Origin: Dendrobates tinctorius
Taxonomy: Eukaryota
Direction: 5' to 3'
Assembly (NCBI RefSeq): GCF_039654945.1
Contig: NW_027361924.1
Location: 7,502,001 to 7,566,000, forward strand
Length of the DNA: 64,000 nt
Shown here: piece after piece, positions 21,875 to 34,926 of the stretch
Numbering within the stretch: position 1 is the first letter of the stretch
Layout: each line of letters begins with the position of its first letter
Notes under the pieces: generated by a model
The model's input: the letters and a program-made list of their open reading frames with translations, nothing else
Told to the model about the DNA's origin: nothing
Databases searched by the model: none
Program-made: the position numbers and the translations under genes

Positions 21875-23469
21875 GGCCGGCCTCACACGTCCATTTTTGT
21901 CTGGAGATGTCAGTGCCCGTGTGTGTAAAATATGCTGCACACGTGTGCCACATCGGTACCACACGCACCGAAGCAGCGGTACAGTAAGCGCTGTTCCCCG
22001 GCGCCTGAAAACGGCTCTCATCATTCTCCCCTGCTCTGCCAGCGATCAGGGGAGAATGAGAGAGTTATATTCAAGTGAGAAGAGTGAGAGCAGGAGCGGC
22101 TGATGGGAGTAGTCCTCACCCGCCAACTGCGCGGGTTCTCCTGTATTTTCTGTAACCAGCCAGGCAAAACTCACAGCTGGGGGCTGCAACCCTCAGATGT
22201 CAGCTTCAGCAAGGCTGGCTATCCAGAATAGAGGGGTCCCCGCTCTTATTTTTTAAACTATTGAAATAAATAATTTAAAAAAACAGCATGGGGTCCCCAC
22301 CCATTTTTGACAACCAGCTTTGATAAAGCAGACAGCTGGGGGCTGGTATTCTCAGGCTGGTACGTTTCTCACAGTGATGTCACTGAGCATGAACTGCAGT
22401 GACCTCATCACTGACTTTTTCCCACGTGGCTGAGGTCACCGCAGTTCAGCCCGGCTGGGAACGGAGCCACAGTGACCTCCAGTAACCTCAAAAACGTCAC
22501 CACTGGTCACTGAGGCTGCGCTCGCAGCTGCTCATTCCTCAGTGGTTCTCAGCCTGGACGGTCGCATCTTGGCAGCATCCAGGTTGAAAACTGTTTTTCC
22601 TCCCAGACATGGATTACGGCGTGGGACAGAACGGCGGAGAGGTGAGGGATATTATTTTTTTTTATTACAGGAGACGAGGGCTTCGGTGGAATAGGTGTTT
22701 AGTGAGTATAACTGAAATTATTTTTAAATAACAAAAGGAAAACTGTGTTTAGTGTTATTTCTACTAAGACTTTATTCCGTGTCTTTGTAATGGATAGGTG
22801 TCTAACAGATGTCTCTCTATTACTAAGCTGTGGGCTTGATATCACCCGACAATACAAAGGTGACATCAACCCCACAAATATGAATCCCACTTGCCACTGC
22901 TACAGGGCAAGTGGGAAGAGCCGGGCAAAGCGCTAGAAGTGGTGCATCCAATAGATGTGCCTTTTCCGGGCAGCCGCGAGCTGCTATTTTAGGCTGGGGG
23001 GTCAATATCCATGGTCCCTTACCAGCCTGAGAATACCAGTCTCCAGCTGTCAGTTTTAGCAAGGCTGGTTGTCAAAAATGGTGTTTTTTTAAAATTACTT
23101 ACTTACAGAGTAGGCTTTCACTGGTATTAGCGGCAGCAGGCGTACGCTGATGGGAGTTAATAGTTCCATCAGTCGCCGCCTGCTGTTATCGGTTGAATAC
23201 CACTCTCATTATTCTCCCCTGATAGCGCTGATCGCCGGCAGATCAGGGGAGAATGATGAGAGCCGTCTTCAGCATCCGGTGCCGGGGAACAGCGCTTACT
23301 GTACCGCTGCTTCTCAGGTGCCGGTACATGTCACACGGATGACATCTCAGTGTGTCATCCGCGTGCGTGATGTTTTGCAGTCCGTACTGCCGGTAAAAAA
23401 CGGACACACGGTCCACGGAAGGTCACTGGAATGTGTCTGTGTGTGTCTCACGGACTTGTGAAAGAGGCC
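21875..23469. mobile_element. Non-autonomous DNA transposon with long imperfect inverted arms (PIF/Harbinger-like)
   Basis: GGCC..CTCAC / GTGAAAGAGGCC ends. AAGCAGCGGTACAGTAAGCGCTGTTCCCCGGC at ~21971 is inverted at ~23281-23312. Confidence 0.7.
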
Positions 23470-25850
23470 TAACACATCAGTCAAAATATCTTTAACCCTT
23501 TAGTGCATAAAGTTGCAAACAGAATGTTGCAAAGTTTGTGCAAAATCACTCAGGGGTGGGGGGATTTGTCCGAAATATATGGCAACTTTTTACAAAGTCG
23601 CCAAATTGATAAATCAGCAGAAAACATCAGATACAATGATCAGCAATGTCCGATTGCAATAAATCTGGCAGAAAAGGTTTTTTTTTTTGTTTTCTTTTTT
23701 TGATTCTGTACGAAACACATGACCATGTCCGTTAATTTCAAAAAATTTAAAGGAGAAAAAAAATTAACAAAAACCACAAGACTAAAAAAAAACCCCCAGC
23801 AACTAGAGAATGGGGCCCGATGAGTGACACAGATGTACTTTATATGGTTCAGGGCTGTAAAGTTTTCCTCATGTCTAGAGGTTGAGCAGAGCCGAGATTG
23901 CATCTTGTCAGGTGTAATGGAAAAAATAAAAAAGAGACCGTGAAAGAAAAATACAGTAAAACCCCCCCGTACAGTCAGGACAAGTCCCCGTTTATTGCCA
24001 GGTCCCGGAATCAGCTCACAATCAGGCAGAAGTTCTGTTGTGGTGTAATTCTGATCTTCGTCCACTAGATGTCACCATTGTTACACGAGTCTAGGCGCTG
24101 TCAGCTATGAGGGTGAGACCCCTGACTCCTATAGAAGCCGCTGGGCTCCCTGTATTGGGGGGGCAGTAATAATGGTGCTAGATAAGCAGGACGCCATTGT
24201 GCTTTTATAACATAACTTTATTAAATAACGCAACTCTGACAGCGGGAGAACGAGTCAATAGGATAGAGTTATCACTAAACGGAGATATCACTGATAAAAT
24301 GAGAATCTGTGTCGCTGCTGTAAAGTGAGAAGCTGCAAAACAGATGGGAGAAGCGGTAGCAGAATCAAAAGGCATATTTAGGTGAGATGCCCCCCGCCGC
24401 CCCCCCAGGTGTAAACGTTTCTGCAGATTCTAAACTAATAGAAAGTTATAAAAAAAATTATTTCTTCACTATCGGTCCATCCTTAATTTATACTCTAGTC
24501 ACACCCAAAGCTGCATCTACAATCCCACACAGCCACTGAAGGGCAGAAGTGAAATGCTCACTCATGAAATGTAAGCTTTGGATGTGACTGGAGAACCTGG
24601 CGCTGTTTTCGTGGATTTTATATAATATATGGACTCCTACAGGGGATATTTTTTATTACTTAAATGTGTGTATTTTTGTAAACGGGTTTCATTAAAACTT
24701 TGCTTCCTCCTTCTATCTGTTGCTGGCTGCAGAATGAGAAAACTGAGGCTCCACCAGCGAGCTCGATCTCATCATCTGTTCCTCTCGGCTGGTTTATAGC
24801 CACATGACTCAGGTCGGTAACGGGTCGAGCGCTCGCTGCGATGTACGGGACCGGGATGAGAAGACTCCTCACCCAAACTCTACAGACTCATGAGCATTAA
24901 GGAAGGTGTTGAGTTTGGATCAGGAGATTCGCAGCCGGTCCGAACATCGCGGTCTGTACTTGGGTCGATAAAACCGGCCTTACCTGTTCTTCATCACCCA
25001 CGAGCTCACTGATGGATTCCCAGTTAAACCATTCTGCAGCCAGCTAGACAGTGCAATGCACGAGGCTATAAAACGCAATTTTTAATGAAACACAATTGCA
25101 AGAATGATTTCTATCCAAAAATTCAAACTTTTAAATATAAAAAATCCTAAATATTTAAATTGCCCTCAACTGTGTAACACTGAGCTATTCTCTAACTTAT
25201 CACCAGAGATAAATTATAAGATAACGTAAAATACTATAGAAAATGTAACAACTGTAAGGACTTATTATGAGCGGGACTACTGCCCCCATCACCAAAACGA
25301 CCCATAATCTATCTCTGACCCGAGACGAAGTGCAATCCCCGGCACGACCCTCTCTGAATAGATATCAAAATTGAAAAAAAAATAATTGGACATAATAATC
25401 ATGTTGGTCATAATTAGAAAAAAAAGGCTGCTCTTTCCTACAAACCACGCCGCCCCACTGGTCGTGTTTGGTATTACAACTCAGTCTCATTTACAGGTAA
25501 GCGGCTGAGCTGCAGTACCAGACACAATCTGGGAGCAGGGTGGTGCTGTTTTAGGAAGTAAGCATGTTTTTCTAATTTTTTTTTTACTGTCCCTTTAATA
25601 ACTCAGGAATCGTGACTTTTTCTTCTCCCTGTTAAAGGGATATTCCGCTTATAGGAAGTCATGCTGGAATGTGCTACAAGTGATGAAGAGGAGCCGAGCT
25701 TTCAGGCAAAGCAGAGGATGGGAGAGGACCCCTGTAGTCGGCAGGTCACGTCATTCAATCTCGGCGTCTATGGGTAATTTTTTTTTTTTTACAGACTTTT
25801 ATCCTTCACGTGACGACCAAACATCACATCTATTTCCGTGCGGGAGACTT

Positions 25851-27121
25851 TTAAGGGTTAATCTTGATCGAGCCGTAGACCACGCAAAATGCGGGGTGGA
25901 GAGGTTCGCTGAAGCTGGCGAAGAAGGTGTAGAGATGCGCGATTGGGTCCTACCGGTAGAAGGAGATCCGGCCGACATCGTAATCCAGATACACGGCCAT
26001 GGAAGACGACTCGGCTCCTTCAGAGGCGACCTCCCTGCACGCGAGTCGTGGCAGACCTCCATGCACCTGCGGCACCAGGTCAGACACCAGGACTTCTCGT
26101 TGTACCCTAGGTACGCTTCCAGACCATTCTTCTCCATGGACGGGTACGCTACTCCGACGCTCTGCACGCCGGTCTTGCTGCCGTTCACGTCCCAGTAGTG
26201 TTTTCCAGACGAGAAGGCCGCATTGCTGAGGATGTTGCAGGTCTTGAATCTCACAGGACCTGGCGGCTCTCCTTACTCCCGACATACAAGACGGCTCTGC
26301 CGGTGGCCATCACCAGGAGGCCTCTGCTGGCCGTGGCCTTGTTCAGCAGGAAGCTGGCTGTATGCCTCAGGTGGAGGCAATGGGAGGCCAACAATCTTTG
26401 GACCAACTCTGAAAAGAGTTCCAAATTTTTCTTAAATATCAGGGAGAAGAGCATGAGGTCAGTGTTGGTGTATTGCCTGGAGTTCGGTCTTCTCCTGCTC
26501 CTTGTAGCTCTTTAGGTTCTGCATGATGGCCACAGGATCGCCCTGGCTGCACAGATCCTCCAAGAGTTTTATCTCCGGGGATAAGAAGATTTCCCTCTCC
26601 TTCAGATTAAGTATTTTCACCTTCATTTCCGTAAACAACTGCACCTTCTGCTGGTTGATGTTCTCCTCCACGAACATCATCGATTCCAGCAGGGAGTTCT
26701 GCTGGTTGATGTTCTCCTCCACGAACATCATCGATTCCAGCAGGGAGTTCTGCTGGTTAATGTTCTCCTCCACGAACATCATCGATTCCAGCAGGGAGTT
26801 CTGCTGGTTAATGTTCTCCTCCACGAACATCATCGATTCCAGCAGGGAGTTGAGGAAGATGCGGCACAAGTCTTTGATGTCGTCTTTCATTATTTCGTTC
26901 TTCTCTCGGAGTGTCTTCATCTCCTCCTTCAGAATGGTCACTGATCTCATAAGGCTGTCGATCTCAATGCTCCTGGTATCCTCAGCCCTCGGCAGCTCGT
27001 CACGGGAGGCGTCCACCGTGTCACCCTGGTCATGTCCGCAGTGGTGCCCCGCCGCCCCCTCTGGGTACGTGGCCTTGCACAGAGAGCAAATGGTCGGCTT
27101 CTTCAGGAACGTGTCCGCCAT
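25851..27121 (-). pseudogene. TRIM-like coiled-coil + B30.2/PRY-SPRY pseudogene (copy A)
   Basis: FSSGKHYWDV, GVAYPSM, LGYNEKSWCL, VYLDYDVGRISFY, FSEPLHPAF. Degenerate N-terminal Cys motif. At least 3 frameshifts and an in-frame TAG at 25950-25952. Splice acceptor at 27165-27166. Confidence 0.88.
26648..26851. repeat. 4 x 51-bp in-frame tandem repeat within TRIM copy A
   Basis: LLESMMFVEENINQQNS repeated four times. Confidence 0.95.
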
Positions 27122-27309
27122 TGTCCACGGCTTCAAGGAGAATATTGAGAGTGGTGGTAGCCGCCTGGAAAAGACAGCAAAAAAAACACAATTCACACAA
27201 AAAACTGGAGCTGATCTTTATTTCGTACTTACATTCTACCGCTCCCAGGCCAGGAATGAGCTATGGGGAGAGGCTCCTGCTGCAGACACACAGGAGGGAT
27301 CTGAGCTTA

Positions 27310-29128
27310 GGTAAAGGAGGGGAGATGTGATCGCGTTGTTCCTGTAGTCTGCATGGCGACCCCCAGCTCCAAGATGGCCGCGGAGTCCTTCCGGGTCCTG
27401 CAATGAGGTGGCTTTGTCAGTGCCTGCTGAAAGCAAGCACCGGCAAGCCACCTCACTGCCTGCCAGATCGCTGATCTGACACCTGACACAGTGCTATGCT
27501 ATATTAATGTGCCAGCCTGGGACAATGTAATAAAGGAAAAAAAAAAAATTATAATGCGTAAAAATATTTTTAAAAAAATCCCCAAATAAAGAAATTTTTT
27601 TAAATATTTTACCAACAAATACATATATTTATGTAAATAATAAAAAACAATAAAAGTACACATATTTGATATCCCCGCGTCCTTACCGACCCGCCCTATA
27701 AAACTGTCCCACTAGTTAACCCCTTTAGTGAACACTGTAAAAAAACGAGGCAAAAAACAATGCTTTATCATCATACCGCCGAACAAAAAGTGCAATAACG
27801 CGCGATCAAAAAGACGCATATAAATATCCATGGTACCGCTGAAAACGTCACCTTGTCCTGCAAAAAACAAGCTGCCATATAGCGTCATCAGCGGAAAAAT
27901 AAAAAAGTTATAGCTCGCAGAATAAAGCGATGCAAAAATAATTATTTTTTTCTATACTGTAAAAGTTATTGCATAAAAGCGCCAAAACATAAAAAAACAT
28001 AAATGAGGTATCGCTGTAACCGTACTGACCTGAAGAATAAAACCGCTTTATCAATATTACCGCACGTGGAATGGTGTAAACGCACTCCCCCAAAAGAAAT
28101 TCATGAAACGCTGGTTTTTGTTCATTCTGCCTCCCAAAAATTGGAATAAATAGCGATCAAAAAACGTCCAATGCCCAAAAATGGCACCAATACAAACGTC
28201 AACTCGTCCCGCAAAAAATAAGACCTCACAGGACTCGGTGGGTGAAAATACGGAAAAATTATAGCTCTCAATATGTGGTGATGCAAAAACTATTTTTACA
28301 ATAAAAAGCGTCTTTTAGCGTGCGACAGCCGCCAAACATAAAAACCGCCATAAATAGTAAATCAAACCCCTGAGATTAGGGCTAGGGTTAGGGCTGAGAT
28401 TAGGGTTAGGGGTGTGTTGGGGTTCGGGTTGGAGTTAGAATTGGGGGTTTCCACTGTTTGAGCACATCAGGGGCTCTCCAAACGCGACATGGCGTCTGAT
28501 CTCAATTCCAACCAATTATGCATTGAAAAGTCAAACGGCGCTCCTTCCCTTCCAAGCTCCGCCATGCGCCCAAACAGTGTTTTACCCCCACATGTAGGGT
28601 ATCGGCGTATTCAGGAGAAATTGTACAATAACTTTTGTTTTCTGCCAAAAAGGCCCCTCAAAGTGACTTCAAATGTGAGGTGGTCCCTAAAAAAACAAGT
28701 ATTTGTAAATTTTGCTTGGAAAATGAGAAATCACTGGTCAACTTTTAACCCTTATAACTTCCTAGCAGAAAAAAAAAAAGGTTCCATAATTGTGCGGATG
28801 TAAAGTAGACATGTGGGAAATGTTACTTATTAACTATTTTGTGTGATATGACTCTCTGATTTAAGGGCATAAATATTAAAAGTTGGAAAATTGTGAAATT
28901 TTCAATATTTTCTCCAAGTTTCCATTTTTTTCACAAATAAACACAAGTCATATCAAAGAAATTTTACCACCAACATGAAGTACAATATGTCACGCGAAAA
29001 CATTGTCAGAGTCAACGGGATCCATGGAAGCGTTCCAGAGTTATGACCTCATAAAGGGACAGTGGTCAGAATTGTAAACATTGGCCCGGTCATGAACGTG
29101 CAAACAGGCTGGGTCGCCAAGGGGTTAA
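27310..29128. mobile_element. Fragment of a non-autonomous TTAA-type (piggyBac-like) element with an internal degenerate TTAGGG tract
   Basis: Right end CCAAGGGGTTAA at 29117-29128, AT-rich body, TTAGGG-like units at 28374-28440. Left end not resolved. Confidence 0.5.
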
Positions 29129-29285
29129 AGGGATGAAATGATGAATTTTATCATTAAAGGGGTTGAAGGCTCTTTTTTTAATATATATATAGCGTGTCCC
29201 CGCCAGAAAGGTGCGGAGGAACTGCGGGGACCAGGGGCTTCTCGTGTGTCAGTGTAGAGCGAGAGGGCCTTCAGTGATGACGGGG

Positions 29286-30260
29286 TGTCCTGACATGGGG
29301 CTGCTGAGTACGTCCTGACATGGGGCTGCTGAGTACGTCCTGACATGGGGCTGCTGAGTACGTCCTGCCATGGGGCTGCTGAGTACGTCCTGCCATGGGG
29401 CTGCTGAGTACGTCCTGACATGGGGCTGCTGAGTACGTCCTGACATGGGGCTGCTGAGTACGTCCTGACATGGGGCTGCTGAGTACGTCCTGCCATGGGG
29501 CTGCTGAGTACGTCCTGACATGGGGCTGCTGAGTACGTCCTGCCATGGGGCTGCTGAGTACGTCCTGACATGGGGCTGCTGAGTACGTCCTGACATGGGG
29601 CTGCTGAGTACGTCCTGACATGGGGCTGCTGAGTACGTCCTGCCATGGGGCTGCTGAGTACGTCCTGACATGGGGCTGCTGAGTACGTCCTGACATGGGG
29701 CTGCTGAGTACGTCCTGACATGGGGCTGCTGAGTACGTCCTGACATGGGGCTGCTGAGTACGTCCTGACATGGGGCTGCTGAGTACGTCCTGCCATGGGG
29801 CTGCGGAGTACGTCCTGCCATGGGGCTGCTGAGTACGTCCTGCCATGGGGCTGCTGAGTACGTCCTGCCATGGGGCTGCTGAGTACGTCCTGACATGGGG
29901 CTGCTGAGCACGTCCTGCCATGGGGCTGCTGAGCACGTCCTGCCATGGGGCTGCTGAGCACGTCCTGCCATGGGGCTGCTGAGCACGTCCTGACATGGGG
30001 CTGCTGAGCACGTCCTGACATGGGGCTGCTGAGCACGTCCTGCCATGGGGCTGCTGAGTACGTCCTGACATGGGGCTGCTGAGTACGTCCTGCCATGGGG
30101 CTGCTGAGTACGTCCTGCCATGGGGCTGCTGAGTACGTCCTGACATGGGGCTGCTGAGTACGTCCTGCCATGGGGCTGCTGAGTACGTCCTGCCATGGGG
30201 CTGCTGAGTACGTCCTGCCATGGGGCTGCTGAGTACGTCCTGACATGGGGCTGCTGAGTA
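29286..30260. repeat. 25-bp minisatellite, ~39 copies
   Basis: Unit TG(A/C)CATGGGGCTGCTGAG(T/C)ACGTCC. Confidence 0.97.
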
Positions 30261-30279
30261 CTGGCATCATCCATCAGAG

Positions 30280-30830
30280 AGCGCTCCGCACGGACACTGT
30301 GATCACACCGCGGCGCTCGCGCAGTCTCTCAGCGCGCAGGCGCAGGAAGGGATGTGACACCGCGGCCGCTCACAGACCAGCCCAATTGCTGTAAGGTACC
30401 GGGTGCAGGGGGTGACGGCTCGGTGCCGCCGCAGCCCCTGATTCTCACATATTAATAACATGTCCGGCTACACTCTGGCTGTGAGGGGCTTCACCCAGGG
30501 CCGGAGAGCGCAGTGTGTGAGGTGACACGCTGCCTGTGCGCACGGGGTCTGCGGGGCTACACAGAAGGTGAGGACCCTCTATTGTATGTGCTGGGAGCAC
30601 ACGGTGTGGACGGACCGCCCCGGGCCTGACACCGGACACTGCGCTCCGCCCGCGACTTACCGCACAGACCTCTAGGTCGATTGACTTCGCCGAGGAAGAG
30701 CCGCTCACACACTCTGGCAGCCAATCAGCTCTGGCGTTAAATCAAACAACCAATCAGCTGAATTGCAGAATTTCCGTGCTGGGTTGCTCAGCAGGTTAGG
30801 CTGCACTATAAGAGTTAGGCAGCGGCGCAG
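30280..30830. promoter_or_regulatory. CpG-rich putative bidirectional promoter between the two TRIM pseudogenes
   Basis: NRF1-like GCGCAGGCGCA (~30334), two CCAATCAGCT boxes (~30721, ~30750), CTATAAG (~30806) and a minus-strand GTAAGT donor at 30655-30660. Confidence 0.5.
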
Positions 30831-31059
30831 TCACCTGACCTCATCCTTCCAGAATCAGACAGGCGCCTCACACACCGGACACAGGTGGCGGCTCGGGCGG
30901 TGTACCGGCACGGCATAGCGGGTATTACCACCGTCACTGACCGGCATGAGGGAGAAGGCCGGAGGCGCCGTGTGACAGGCTGCACACAAGGGAGGATGCT
31001 CAGCGGTGTAATAACCACTCCTGGGTCTGTCACTGTACAAAGTGGTCACTATAGGACAC

Positions 31060-32475
31060 CAGCCTCCATCCTGACATCCTCCATCCTGACATCCTCCTCC
31101 ATCCTGACATCCTCCATCCTGACAGCCTCCTCCATCCTGACATCCTCCATCCTGACATCCTCCATCCTGACATCCTCCATCCTGACATCCTCCTCCATCC
31201 TGACATCCTCCATCCTGACATCCTCCATCCTGACAGCTTTCTCCATCCTGACAGCCTCCTTCATCCTGACAACCTCCATCCTGACATCCTCCATCCTGAC
31301 ATCCTCCTCCATCCTGACATCCTCCATCCTGACATCCTCCATCCTGACAGCTTTCTCCATCCTGACATCCTCCATCCTGACAGCTTCCTCCATCCTGACA
31401 TCCTCCATCCTGACATCCTCCATCCTGACATCCTCCATCCTGACATCCTCCTCCATCCTGACATCCTCCATCCTGACATCCTCCATCCTGACAGCTTTCT
31501 CCATCCTGACAGCCTCCTTCATCCTGACAACCTCCATCCTGACATCCTCCATCCTGACATCCTCCTCCATCCTGACATCCTCCATCCTGACATCCTCCAT
31601 CCTGACAGCTTTCTCCATCCTGACATCCTCCATCCTGACAGCCTCCTTCATCCTGACAACCTCCATCCTGACAGCTTCCTCCATCCTGACATCCTCCATC
31701 CTGACAGCTTCCTCCATCCTGACAGCTTCCTCCATCCTGACATCCTCCATCCTGACAGCCTCCTCGATCCTGACAGCTTCCTCGATCATGACAGCCTCCT
31801 CGATCCTGACAGCCTCCTCCATCCTGACAGCCTCCTCCATCCTGACAGCCTTCTCCTTCCTGACAGCCTCCACCATCCTGACATCCTCCTCCATCCTGAC
31901 AGCCTCCTCCATCCTGACAACCTCCATCCTGACAGCCCCCTCCATCCTGACAACCTCCATTCTGACAGCTTCCTCCATCCTGACAGCTTCCTCCATCCTG
32001 ATAGCTTCCTCCATCCTGACAGCCTCCTCGATCCTGACATCCTCCTCCATCCTGATAGCTTCCTCCATCCTGATAGCTTCCTCCATCCTGACAGCCTCCT
32101 CCATCCTGACAGCCTCCTTCATCCTGACAACCTCCATCCTGACAGTCTCCTCCATCTTGACAACCTCCATCCTGACAGCTTCCTCCATCCTGACATCCTC
32201 CATCCTGACAGCTTCCTCCATCCTGACAGCTTCCTCCATCCTGACATCCTCCATCCTGACAGCCTCCTCCATCCTGACAGCCTCCTTCATCCTGACAACC
32301 TCCATCCTGACAGTCTCCTCCATCCTGACAAACTCCATCCTGACAGCCTCCTTCATCCTGACAGCCTCCTCCATCCTGACAGCCACCTCCATCCTGACAA
32401 CCTCCATCCTGACAGCCTCCTCCATTCTGACAACCTCCATCCTGACAGTCTCCTCCATCCTGACAGCCTCCTCGT
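31060..32475. repeat. 15/18-bp minisatellite
   Basis: Units TCCATCCTGACATCC and TCCATCCTGACAGCCTCC. Confidence 0.95.
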
Positions 32476-33113
32476 CCATAGTTGGCCTCCCCACTGATTC
32501 TGAGGACATGACTCAGGCTGCAGCCATTCCCGGACCTGCACTTTCCTTCCGTGCATCGTCTGCAGGACTGGTGCAGATCTCCCAGTTCTCTCGGCTTTTT
32601 CTGGCAGTCCCATAGAGAATGATCAGGGCGCTCGTCCGACTTCCGCTCAGGGTATTTCAGAGCACATTTCTTCTCGGGAATGATGAAGGTCCTAGAGGTC
32701 GGATCTCCATTGATCGATCAATTTTGTGTGCACACAGCCACCACCAGGGGGAGCTCAGGAGGCCACTGCTTCCATACACGGTGAGCTCCTACACTCCCTG
32801 GTGGTGACTGCAGGCAGCCGGGGGTCAGCAGCAGCTGTGGAGCTTGGTATGAGGCTCTGTTCACTTCGGCATCACGTCTTTTGGCGCTTCTGACAAACGG
32901 ATATCATTGACTTTATTAAAAAATGAGAATATAAATGTATTTCTGCCGAAATTTGTGACTTTTGCTCTAAGATTCCATGTTAGAGCTTCTCTTATTTCTC
33001 ATTCAATCGCTCCTGAACAGATACGGAAATCTCGGGTCCACGCTTGGACGGCGTCAATCTTCATTAGAAACCGGTAGAAGGAAGGAAGGAAGGAGTTGTG
33101 GGAGTGGGAAGCA

Positions 33114-34880
33114 ATGGCGGTCACGACACTGGATTACGAGCTGACCTGCTCCATCTGGACATTTACACCAGCCCGGTCATGTTAGACCAAGCTTCCCCAA
33201 CTCCAGTCCTCAAGGCCCACCAGCAGGTCATGTTAGACCAGGGTTCCCCAGCTCCAGTCCTCAAGGCCACCAGCAGGTCATGTTTTCAGGATTTCCTTAG
33301 TATTGCCCAGAGGTGATAATTGCATCAGCTGTAGAATACAAGGGAAATCCTGAAAACATGACCTGTTGGTGGGCCTTGAGGACTGGAGTTGGGGAACCCT
33401 GTGGTAGACTGTGGACATAGCTTCTGCCTCGGCTGCTTTCAAATGTTGATTGAGCGGCAGATAGACAATGAAAATAATTCCTGTCCCAAATGCCGGAAAA
33501 TCTGTTCAGCCAACGCTTTATCTCGGCTCAACTTTAACCTGGGGTACATAGCGGAGTATTATAAGTCCGTGAAGGGCGGTCAGCGCCCAGAGGAGGTGCC
33601 GTGCACCTTCTGTATTCTGATCCCTTCCACCGCTGCCAGGACTTGTGTGCGAAGCTTCGTTCTGCCGCCAGCATCTGGTGCGCCACAGCCAAAGCAAAGA
33701 ACACATTTTAGTTGACCCCACTACGTCGATAAGGAGCAGAAAATGCCACATCCACAACGAAATTTCAAGTATTATTGCGTAAACCACCAGGCTAGCATCT
33801 GTCCATCCTGCTGCTTGTCGGAACACAAAGACCATGACCTCGAGCCCCTGGAAGAAGTCGTTCAGCATGAAAAACAGCGCCTGAAAACTATTCTCCGGGG
33901 CTTAAAATCAGAGCGGGCGTCTTGTTAAGGAAACGGAGGACGTCTCGCGCAGCATTTTCAAAAGCAAGGAGGAAAACCTAGCGCAAGTGAAAAGAGACTT
34001 CGAAGCCATGCGCAAAGAATTAAGCAATCACATTTTGGAAGCGCACGTCGACGCGGTAAAGAAGTCGGGAGACATTTGAGAGAGATCGCAAAACAGATAG
34101 GTGGCGAAATTAATTCTGTCTGCAAGAGAGGAGCCGAGATGTCCCCGGACGTAGATCAGGCTCCTTCCAGCACGATGGATCTGTTCTGTGCCTCACAAGA
34201 GCCAACAAGCACCGACACAGGCAACCAAGCAGCCATGGCCGACCGATACTTTGACAGGTTACTGATTTCCTTACTCTTCCAGAAATGCATAAAGCGTGTT
34301 TCCGACTCTCTGCCGCGCTTTCTGTCCAGTAAGCGGTACCATTTACAGTACAAAGTCGATTTACTGCTAAAAGTAGAACCCGCCAGTAATTATCTCAGTC
34401 TCTCCCCTGGCCTCAGAAGTTTATCATACTCCATGGAAAATCATGGAAACCACGCCATCCCGGTTTAAATCTAGCCAGGTCATCAGCATCGAGTCTTTCT
34501 CTTCAGGAAGACACTTTTGGGAAGTGAAAACCAGAAAGTTCGGAGTGAAATCCATCGGCGTTGCCTATCCCACCATGGAGAGATCCGGTTTAAAGTCCTT
34601 TCTATGATACGAGAAGTCCTGGTGCTTGATCTGGAGTCATAACCGCATCGAAGTCTACCACGACTCTGATTGCACGCAGATCGAATCGGAAGATGGCGTC
34701 ATCCGCGGCGTCGGATTGTTTCTAGACTATGAAGCCGGACAACTAACCTTCTACAGCTTTTGTGGAAAAGTCACACGCCTGCACACCACCTCGGCCATGT
34801 TCACCGAGCCGCTTCATGCTGCCTTTTATGTAGTCGATGGCTGGATTAAGATCACCCCCCCAATGAAGCAACACAAATAG
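33114..34880 (+). pseudogene. TRIM RING-Bbox1-Bbox2-CC-B30.2 pseudogene (TRIM25/finTRIM-like architecture; copy B)
   Basis: MAVTTLDYELTCSI..LDIYTSPVMLD|CGHSFC...CPKCR, B-boxes (CTFC; YYCVNHQASICPSCCLSEHKDH), FSSGRHFWEV, LDYEAGQLTFY, FTEPLHAAF. Multiple frameshifts and stops, and a MITE in the RING. Acceptor at 33019-33020. Confidence 0.92.
33239..33401. mobile_element. hAT MITE inserted in the RING-coding sequence
   Basis: TIRs CAGGGTTCCCCA(G/A)CTCCAGTCCTCAAGG; 8-bp TSD TGTTAGAC/TGGTAGAC. A partial left-end duplicate lies at 33188-33238. Confidence 0.9.
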
Positions 34881-34926
34881 GTTCTCTTACCTTCTAACAA
34901 GTTCTTCTGTCAATTTTAAAATTTAA

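Noticed and set aside
24660-25040. Two possible minus-strand exons (WFNWESISELVGDEEQ with a GTAAG donor, then a short terminal exon)
   Set aside because: The splice signals are plausible, but there is no recognisable homology or upstream exon, so a gene cannot be supported.
28374-28440. Interstitial telomere or fusion scar
   Set aside because: It is short, degenerate and embedded in a dispersed DNA-transposon-like sequence.
29125-30274. Three overlapping 316-381 aa ORFs, or a CRISPR-like array
   Set aside because: It is a head-to-tail 25-bp repeat with no unique spacers and no cas genes, in eukaryotic DNA.
32735-32812. Perfect CTCF motif CCACCAGGGGGAGC as a locus-specific insulator
   Set aside because: It sits in a short inverted-repeat, MITE-like sequence; function cannot be inferred from sequence alone.
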